From positions 69,428 to 90,431 of IMG/VR virus record IMGVR_UViG_3300031578_000010: a DNA stretch of 21,004 bases. One strand, written 5' to 3'. Both the position numbers and the translations under genes were made by a program. This document shows positions 14,581-21,004 of this stretch, one piece after another; positions within the stretch are counted from its first letter, which is position 1, and the number at the start of each line of letters is the position of its first letter. This DNA comes from a virus. The notes beneath the pieces were generated by a model, which was given only the letters and a program-made list of their open reading frames with translations, did no database searches and was not told the DNA's origin.

Positions 14581-16478
14581 TATCCGCCTCCTGAATACGT
14601 TAAATCATCAGTATCCAAAATAGCAATTTCATCGTCAAGAATTTCTACATTCCCACGATAATCAGATGTTCTAAACCTCGCATTATCCCCTATTGACATT
14701 GGCGTAGACCCCGCAGTTATAGTAAAAGATATCTCACTATTATCGCTTGTATATACAGCCCCCAAAGTTCCTAACGCCGTCTGAATTCCAGAGATAGAAC
14801 CACGAACTGAAAACGCCGTTGGAGAAAAGAAGGTAATATACCAGTATTCTTCAACAACTGCCGATCCTACGCTAATATCCCCAAAAATAGCATCTCCGGA
14901 CCAACTTAAAAGATCGATGTCATCGGTACGAGGAATCAAAGTTATTTCTGTAAGATCTACATAATCAACTCCTTCGACTTCATCTATGACTCTCGAAATA
15001 TCCGATTCTCTTATTGATTTGCCAAATTCTAAATTATTAACTGCAAAGAAATCGGCAAGAGCCGCCTCGACTGCCGCTTCGACCAAAATACGGAGATAAT
15101 TAGAAAGTAAGTATATTGTTCCGCCTACTGCAATTCGACCAAAGCCAGGATCAAAAACTCCTGGAACTACTCGAATATCGCACTTCGATTCGAGTTCTGC
15201 CTTGACAGCATTCTTTAAAGTAGTAGTAGGAACTCCTCCTCCGGTCGGAATTATATAAACGGCCACATTATAAGTAGAGCCTGGCTCAGTTAACCTTATA
15301 GCGTTGGCGTTCCCAACTCCAAAAACGGATTTGGCGCCTGCAATAAAATCAGGAGTAGAAATATATCTATCATTTGCCCTAATAATTTCAGGCCCCCGAA
15401 CCTTTGCCTCATCCAAATCCATCCTATCAGTTCCGCCAGAAGCCTCGGACGGATTATTCACAGTTATACTTATAGGACTTCCAGAAACATATATTAAATC
15501 ATTTATTTTCTTAATAGTATTAGCGCCAACTTTTCCTTGCGCCCCGCCTCCTTCTCTGAACTCCGCTTTAACAGTCGCGCCATTAATTGGAATCTTTCCT
15601 TGTGCCCCGTCTCCAGTCATTAAGAAAATGGTATCATCCCATTTCCTCCTCCAAATAAAATGAGTATCTGTAGACCCGCTTTCATAAAAAGTCTCTTTAG
15701 CTGTCCAGGTAATATCTCCTGCACCTTCATTTATAACCAAAGAAAGCGTTCCATCTATAATTAATTTAGAAATAGTTCTCCATTTCTGGAATTCAGTTCC
15801 ATCAGAATTTAACAAAACCTCTTCGGTTGTTTTTCCTTCCGTTGCATCTATCTCACCATCCAAAGCAGATATATAAGCATTATCTGCTGTAGTAAATCCA
15901 GAAGGAACCACAGAATCAAGTTGAATTTGAGTAGGGCTGACTATTTGAATAATCGTTCTTTGTATTTTGGTCCCAATATCGTCATTAATTTCAACTAATT
16001 GGCCAACAGCAAAATTTGTTGAGACACAGGATACCAAATCCGTTCCGTCAGTATCCGCAGTTAATAAAGTATATTTTAAGATAAGGATGCTATCCGTTTC
16101 GAAATATATAGGAGAAGAATTAGACAATGTCTGACAAAGCGTTCCTGCCGGGATTTCTACATCATTTTTTAAACTGGCAAGAATAGAAAACTTTAAAGAG
16201 ATAGTTGCAGGCGTTTTTCCCGGTATATTCCAAAAGAAAAATATCTTCTGTAAACTCTCCCTTTTTATGCATCCATTATCAATATCTGCAAAAGCCTCCT
16301 TTCCTGCTCGGTCTATATAATAATGAGCGACAGATAGCGCTTCGCTCATTTCATCTAATAATCCGATTCCTAAATCATTCTCGTTATGGTCGGTCCATTC
16401 CGAAGTAATAAATGGAATTCTTTTGACCATATCCGCTTTTATAGCGGCTTCGTCTCGGCTTGTAAAATCTGCAACCAT
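14580..16478 (-). CDS. Baseplate J / gp47-like wedge protein (Afp11-like, 632 aa)
   Basis: DFTSRDEAAIKADMVKRIPFITSEWTDHNENDLGIGLLD N-terminus; GDGAQGKIP, GGGAQGKV, ASGGTD, RYISTPDF and VEGVDYV motifs. Confidence 0.9.
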   Translation of the reverse strand: MVADFTSRDEAAIKADMVKRIPFITSEWTDHNENDLGIGLLDEMSEALSVAHYYIDRAGKEAFADIDNGCIKRESLQKIFFFWNIPGKTPATISLKFSILASLKNDVEIPAGTLCQTLSNSSPIYFETDSILILKYTLLTADTDGTDLVSCVSTNFAVGQLVEINDDIGTKIQRTIIQIVSPTQIQLDSVVPSGFTTADNAYISALDGEIDATEGKTTEEVLLNSDGTEFQKWRTISKLIIDGTLSLVINEGAGDITWTAKETFYESGSTDTHFIWRRKWDDTIFLMTGDGAQGKIPINGATVKAEFREGGGAQGKVGANTIKKINDLIYVSGSPISITVNNPSEASGGTDRMDLDEAKVRGPEIIRANDRYISTPDFIAGAKSVFGVGNANAIRLTEPGSTYNVAVYIIPTGGGVPTTTLKNAVKAELESKCDIRVVPGVFDPGFGRIAVGGTIYLLSNYLRILVEAAVEAALADFFAVNNLEFGKSIRESDISRVIDEVEGVDYVDLTEITLIPRTDDIDLLSWSGDAIFGDISVGSAVVEEYWYITFFSPTAFSVRGSISGIQTALGTLGAVYTSDNSEISFTITAGSTPMSIGDNARFRTSDYRGNVEILDDEIAILDTDDLTYSGGG

Positions 16479-16482
16479 TTTT

Positions 16483-16923
16483 TTACTCCAGATTTACTCT
16501 TACTTCCGCTAAAGTCGGCCTCCCGTTAGATCCAGAATAAAAGGGGAATACTAAACTTCCAGACCTTGGCGAATTAGTAAAATCTATATCGACTCTTACT
16601 TCAACCTGGCTTCTATTTGCATTAATAGCAGTATTAATAGATTTCAAAGTCGCTCTCGGCTCTTGAATTATAACATCCTCGATAAATCGAGCAGCAAGTC
16701 CAGGACTTTTAGTTAGGACTTCAAAAGATAATTCGAATAAACGGCTGCCAAACGCCCTATTAAATCTCCTGCTTTTTCTCTGGACAAGAACTAACTGTTG
16801 TAATCCCTCTATAATATGTCTTTCGTATTTAGACTGTTCAGGCCCATCATGAGAAAAAGAATCCCCTCCGAAACGAAAAGGAAACTTCAGCCCTTTGCCA
16901 AGAATTTCTCTATTATAAGCCAT
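16483..16923 (-). CDS. Baseplate gp25/GPW-family protein (sheath initiator)
   Basis: ILGKGLKFPF...RRFNRAFGSRL..L.FE...QEPRA...LVFPFY. Confidence 0.88.
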   Translation of the reverse strand: MAYNREILGKGLKFPFRFGGDSFSHDGPEQSKYERHIIEGLQQLVLVQRKSRRFNRAFGSRLFELSFEVLTKSPGLAARFIEDVIIQEPRATLKSINTAINANRSQVEVRVDIDFTNSPRSGSLVFPFYSGSNGRPTLAEVRVNLE

Positions 16924-17323
16924 TATTAAAATCTTTCAGCATTCCTTCTACTATTGGGGCCCGCCTTCGAACTCGATCCCGCACTTTAACTAACATAAAC
17001 CTTTTTTTATCCAAATCTGAGATATCCGTTTTATCCATCATTTCAAGAATCTCGTCTCTCCATTCTTCAAGTAACTGTAGAACAGCCCCCGGAATTTTGG
17101 CAATTCTTAATTTATCAAGAGCAACCTGAACCCCTTGTAATTTGTCTTTTAAATTGGCTTCCCGTAACTGAATATGCCTAATTCTCTGATTTAATTTCCT
17201 AATTCTATCATCCAACTGTTTAAGCAGAAGGGGGGAGGATTCCTCCTCCATCTGCTTTAACAAGCAGATAAACTTAGCGAGTTCTGTTTCTTCCAAGTCC
17301 TGTAAATAATTTGTTAATTCCAT
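16913..17323 (-). CDS. Hypothetical coiled-coil protein (136 aa)
   Basis: L/E/K/R-rich heptads, SD AAAGGGGA, located between spike and gp25. Confidence 0.75.
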   Translation of the reverse strand: MELTNYLQDLEETELAKFICLLKQMEEESSPLLLKQLDDRIRKLNQRIRHIQLREANLKDKLQGVQVALDKLRIAKIPGAVLQLLEEWRDEILEMMDKTDISDLDKKRFMLVKVRDRVRRRAPIVEGMLKDFNNGL

Positions 17324-17341
17324 ATTAGATCCCCTTTCTTT

Positions 17342-18157
17342 CTACTCGCCCTTCACTTTTTGCGTTTCATCTGTTGCAGGAACAAATACAGCTGGAGCAA
17401 GCGGTGGGCCGCTTGGACTTCCGACAGTTACCGGATGAGTATGAAAATTATATTTATTTAACCCAAACGATCCGAGTATCAATCCCTGAACGGCAGTTTT
17501 TCCAAGTTTTATAGTAGCCGCTTCTATTATCCTCGTTATAGACTTCTCCTCCCAACTCCCTTCCGCCGTCACAAATATTGAACCTAATATATGATTTAAT
17601 ATATCTCCTGCGACAGATTTCCACTCATCCGAATTTACTTTTATAACACATTTTCCATCCGATCTCATTTCAATAAATGTTCCAAGGGGATGATATAACT
17701 GGATCCTTTCTTTTCCTGGCGTATTATCAAACTCTATTAAAATCCCACCAGCAAATTTAATCATTTGATTAAAAGGATATTGAGCGGCAAAATTACTGGA
17801 AGGTTCGTTCTTAGTTGTTCCTAAAGCAGTTTGAAAACTATCTGTTCCTTTTATACTCTCGACGCCATCATCTTCCCCACGGCTGCGGCTTGGCGCTTCA
17901 GTTAATCCGCCAGGAGCTCCATAAAAACAACCCGTCCAAATAGGTCTATCCGGATCTCCGCCTATGAATTCAATCCATACTTTAGAATTTAATGGCGGCA
18001 ATTTAAATTCGCCAGGATATATATAAGAAGGTTCTGCCCAAGTTGTTGATATAGTATCAAATCCGACCTCTGGAACTATCGCCTTTATTCTTCCTCCGCT
18101 TTCAGGATCAGAGATATCTACAACTTTTCCTCTATATTTCCCATAATATTTAGTCAT
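17342..18157 (-). CDS. Baseplate spike, gpV/gp5 OB-fold family
   Basis: KYYGKYRGKVVDISDPESGGRIKAIVP...LPPLNSKVWIEFIGGDPDRPIWTG; IEFDNTPGKERIQLYH; C-terminal HTH. ATG 18157 has SD GAGG. Confidence 0.9.
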   Translation of the reverse strand: MTKYYGKYRGKVVDISDPESGGRIKAIVPEVGFDTISTTWAEPSYIYPGEFKLPPLNSKVWIEFIGGDPDRPIWTGCFYGAPGGLTEAPSRSRGEDDGVESIKGTDSFQTALGTTKNEPSSNFAAQYPFNQMIKFAGGILIEFDNTPGKERIQLYHPLGTFIEMRSDGKCVIKVNSDEWKSVAGDILNHILGSIFVTAEGSWEEKSITRIIEAATIKLGKTAVQGLILGSFGLNKYNFHTHPVTVGSPSGPPLAPAVFVPATDETQKVKGE

Positions 18158-19310
18158 AATTAACCTCATTAATTATCTCAGGCTGTATTTCTTGCCCCGG
18201 ATTTATTTGTGTTGTCTGATCCCCTTTTGTTACAGAACTCGGAATAGCCCGCAGAGGCCCGACTCTCGATTTAGTTCCTATAAATTCAACTATATATCCT
18301 CGAACATCGTCATATATATGTGACGCAGATTCAATATAATAATAGCCGGATAAATGACCCAATCCTTTTAAAGTAATAATCTTCCTGGCAGTTATTTTAG
18401 GATTTCCTGTTGCCTTGCCCCAACCAACAACAAAGCGAGAATCGTCCTGTTCCCTTGTTTTAAGAAAGGCATCGACAGAAGGAAAGCTAAACAGGTTTCT
18501 AATTCCCTGTTCATATTTTGTCGGCCTTTGTATTAATAACTCCTTTAAAGATTTATAATCTGGATATCTCGCTTTGTCCTGTGTTTCAATTATATCAGGA
18601 GTTCCTTTTGATATATTAGTTACCAATTCTCCGCTATCTCTATCGAGGAATGAAGAATGAAATTGAGAGGCCGTTCTTAATAAATTCTTTTCAGGCCAGA
18701 ATTCAAATAAAGCATTTTTCTCATCATTCCCATAATTTAAAGCTATATTTGTATTTTCGAAACGGATAGGATGAAAATGTAAAGTCCCATCTTCAACATA
18801 GAAAAGATATCCGTTCCTATGCGCTAACCTCGCGACTAATTCTAAATCAGTCTCATTTAATTGACTCTCTTGATTTCTCAATTCTAATGTCGGCGTTATA
18901 TCCGTTATTAATCCATATTCCGCAGCAATAGAAGTAACGATGTCGGAATCCAACATATTAGAAAACTGGTTTCTTTTCTCGCCCTTTTCTTTTAATTTTG
19001 AACTTTCATCCAGGCCAATTAAACGAATAATAGGGGCATTCTTTTCAGGGAAGCCGAATTTAGGTTTTTGTAAAATATATCTGCCCATATATTTGAGAGG
19101 TCCACCAATCCCCAACCAAATATCTAATATTGCCCTTTCCCGTATTATATTAGAATCTAAAAATGTTTTCTGAGAATTCCAAAGATCAATAACTGCCATA
19201 TCGCATTTCCAAGGATCTTGAAATAAATTGATTCCAAAGAGCTTGCCTTTAAAGCCAAGGCTCTCTATTAACTGATTATCAATATATATTTTAGCTACAA
19301 AGTGTTTCAT
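18150..19310 (-). CDS. Baseplate hub, phage late control D / VgrG N-terminal-like (386 aa)
   Basis: DSDIVTSIAAEYGL...QLNETDLELVARLAHRNGY.FYVEDGTLHF...GNPKI...LSGYYYIESASH. Confidence 0.88.
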   Translation of the reverse strand: MKHFVAKIYIDNQLIESLGFKGKLFGINLFQDPWKCDMAVIDLWNSQKTFLDSNIIRERAILDIWLGIGGPLKYMGRYILQKPKFGFPEKNAPIIRLIGLDESSKLKEKGEKRNQFSNMLDSDIVTSIAAEYGLITDITPTLELRNQESQLNETDLELVARLAHRNGYLFYVEDGTLHFHPIRFENTNIALNYGNDEKNALFEFWPEKNLLRTASQFHSSFLDRDSGELVTNISKGTPDIIETQDKARYPDYKSLKELLIQRPTKYEQGIRNLFSFPSVDAFLKTREQDDSRFVVGWGKATGNPKITARKIITLKGLGHLSGYYYIESASHIYDDVRGYIVEFIGTKSRVGPLRAIPSSVTKGDQTTQINPGQEIQPEIINEVNYD

Positions 19311-19630
19311 TAGTTTGCCTGCAAGTCTTCCAGAGAAGGAATATTTATCAACATCCCCGTCTCTATTTCGTCATCAGGATAAAAGAATTCATTTATATCA
19401 GCTATAACCCACCATTTCTGAGAATCCGCACAAGCATCGAATGCCAATAAATCGAGCAATTCTGTCCCTTGCGCCTCATGCAAATTAACAGGCCGCCGCA
19501 TATCTTTTAATTTTAAGGTTCTTCGATCATGTAAAAAAGCAAAAGCAATATCTCCAACTATAACGCGAGTAGCAGATATTCTCTGTTTATTCTCTCCCAA
19601 CGCATATCGCGAGCCTGCAAAAACTGACAT
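19310..19630 (-). CDS. LysM / tail-X-like baseplate protein (106 aa)
   Basis: MSVFAGSRY...LLDLLAF...DSQKWWVIADINEFFYP...GMLINIP. Confidence 0.8.
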   Translation of the reverse strand: MSVFAGSRYALGENKQRISATRVIVGDIAFAFLHDRRTLKLKDMRRPVNLHEAQGTELLDLLAFDACADSQKWWVIADINEFFYPDDEIETGMLINIPSLEDLQAN

Positions 19631-20223
19631 TATGATTCCTCCCCGCTTGTCTCTCTTTCTCTAACTCTAAATACCTTTCTAAAAGTCACACTAACAGTTG
19701 CTCGAATTGGAGTAAAAGTTACATCTTGCATTTCTTCAATGCCGTCTATTTTAAGAATAACTGTCCTAATTGCTTCAAATCCTTTTTCAACAAAAATAAC
19801 TGGAGGTGCCTGTATTAACTGGCCGTCAACCTCACGATATATTGGCTTGGTCTTCTTAAATAGCCACGCCAACTTCCAGGCCGTAGTCTCGCTGAATTTC
19901 TTTTCTTTATAAAAACCATAATCAGAGAAAAATAGTGCAAGAGTAAATTCCTCTGCCCCTCTTCCCTTATATTCAAGGGCATCATCCCCATTAATGACCG
20001 TTTGATCATTATACTCAACACTTGCCGAGATTGGCCAAGTTGTAGGGTTAAAATCCATTTCTATAAAATCATTTAAATCGGTCTCATCTCTTAAAAGAAG
20101 TTTTCTACCAAAATAGAAGCGAGACATATTTAATTCTTTATCTCCCCCCCTTTTTTTGTCAAGACCCCTCCTACCAACGATCGCGTTTTTAATATCTTCA
20201 AGTTCTATTCTGTCTTCTGGCAT
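19630..20223 (-). CDS. Tail tube initiator (CIS-tube / Afp7 N-terminal-like, 197 aa)
   Basis: MDFNPTTWPISASVEY...LEYKG...FTLALFF...APPVIF...TPIRATVSVTFR. Confidence 0.78.
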   Translation of the reverse strand: MPEDRIELEDIKNAIVGRRGLDKKRGGDKELNMSRFYFGRKLLLRDETDLNDFIEMDFNPTTWPISASVEYNDQTVINGDDALEYKGRGAEEFTLALFFSDYGFYKEKKFSETTAWKLAWLFKKTKPIYREVDGQLIQAPPVIFVEKGFEAIRTVILKIDGIEEMQDVTFTPIRATVSVTFRKVFRVRERETSGEES

Positions 20224-20224
20224 T

Positions 20225-21004
20225 TTATGCTACGGCAAAGCCATAACCTCGCAAAACTTCAAGATCTGATAGTTCCTTTTGAGTCCTTTTTATTTCCCTG
20301 CCATCCAGGAAAATCCTATTTTCAATCGTTATTTTACTCGGCATGCTTCTTCGCCCGCCCGCATCCCCGGCTTTAATCTTATCAAAAACCATTTTTAAAT
20401 CGGCGGGCTGTAAACCTGTCGGCAGAGGCATAACTAATTCGGAATTTCTCTTCTCAGATAATATAGCTGATGTAGGTTTATTAGTAACTCCGCCATGCTG
20501 CATCCCAACAGCCCCGCCGAAAACGAAAGACAAAGCCCCTTTCCCGATTGCCCAACCAAAATTTGCAACCTTTGCCATCCAAGATGCAAATTCTTTTAAG
20601 GGAACTAAGCCGTTTTTTACCTTATTAGTTAGCCATGTTATTGCATCAATTGCCTTAGTTACAATAGTTACTAATGGGTTCAAACACGCCCTGACAACAA
20701 AGCGAACTATAATCCCAAATACTCGCCATAAACCAAGATTCGTCTTACCTGGCCCAAAAAATGCAATTGACAATTCATCAAACGCCTTCCCTAAAGCATC
20801 TATCGCAGGGATAAGAGGTTGGACAGCCGCTTCTATCTCTTGAATAATTATAGTAATAACAGCTCCTAATATCGTCGCCACCTTCGCTATAAAATCAAAA
20901 GCAATCCGCAAAGGGAGCATAACGAACTTCATGAGGCCAACAAATAGCTTATGAATAGCTGATCCTCCGCCTTCCAATGAACTAAATATCATGCCAATCG
21001 GCTT
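20225..21004 (-). CDS. Tail tape measure protein, C-terminal part (5' end beyond the window)
   Basis: The frame stays open to the window edge. Amphipathic A/I/F-rich helices, then MQHGGVTNKPTSAIL.E...ELVMPL and IFLDGREI, typical of tape-measure C-termini. Confidence 0.85.
   Translation of the reverse strand, partial: KPIGMIFSSLEGGGSAIHKLFVGLMKFVMLPLRIAFDFIAKVATILGAVITIIIQEIEAAVQPLIPAIDALGKAFDELSIAFFGPGKTNLGLWRVFGIIVRFVVRACLNPLVTIVTKAIDAITWLTNKVKNGLVPLKEFASWMAKVANFGWAIGKGALSFVFGGAVGMQHGGVTNKPTSAILSEKRNSELVMPLPTGLQPADLKMVFDKIKAGDAGGRRSMPSKITIENRIFLDGREIKRTQKELSDLEVLRGYGFAVA

Larger units (their letters stand above)
1..21004 (-). mobile_element. Segment of a tailed (myovirus-like) phage or prophage genome: tail/baseplate, lysis-like, replication and early-gene modules
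   Basis: Co-oriented, tightly packed minus-strand genes, several coupled by TAATG overlaps (12122, 14580, 19310, 19630), encoding tape measure, baseplate, helicase and primase. No integrase, att site or host gene is visible, so prophage versus free phage is undetermined. Confidence 0.92.

Noticed and set aside
4721-20843. Plus-strand and nested ORFs inside the helicase, lysis and tail genes
   Set aside because: They are antisense or alternative-frame shadows of well-supported minus-strand genes.
8324-21004. A chromosomal, capsid-less eCIS or tailocin locus
   Set aside because: It is contiguous and co-oriented with phage helicase, primase and early genes, with no host genes, so a phage is more parsimonious. 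Capsid genes are not in the window, so this is not formally excluded.
1-21004. Stop-codon recoding
   Set aside because: Genes are full length and abut under the standard code, and TAA, TAG (2584, 17342) and TGA (7905) all end ORFs at sensible positions.

Overview
This window is a segment of a bacteriophage or prophage genome with a contractile tail, and every credible gene is on the minus strand. In transcription order (right to left) it contains four parts. (1) A tail module: the end of a tape-measure gene, then tube initiator, LysM/tail-X-like, late-control-D hub, gpV/gp5 spike, gp25, baseplate J, wedge and DUF6519-like fibre genes, whose motifs look like those of extracellular contractile injection systems (eCIS). 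(2) A membrane/lysis-like cassette with two holin-like proteins, a lipoprotein and a receiver domain that has lost its catalytic residues. (3) A replication module (DnaB-like helicase, a candidate origin, family-4 uracil-DNA glycosylase, DnaG-like primase). (4) A probable early region: a promoter motif that recurs upstream of the helicase, a boxB/boxA-like antitermination site, about 670 nt of highly structured, apparently non-coding RNA, and small orphan genes separated by conserved hairpins and start-associated sequences. The strongest candidates for novelty are the large structured RNA with its regulatory context and the eCIS-type tail on a replicating phage. All family assignments come from recalled motifs, not from database searches.
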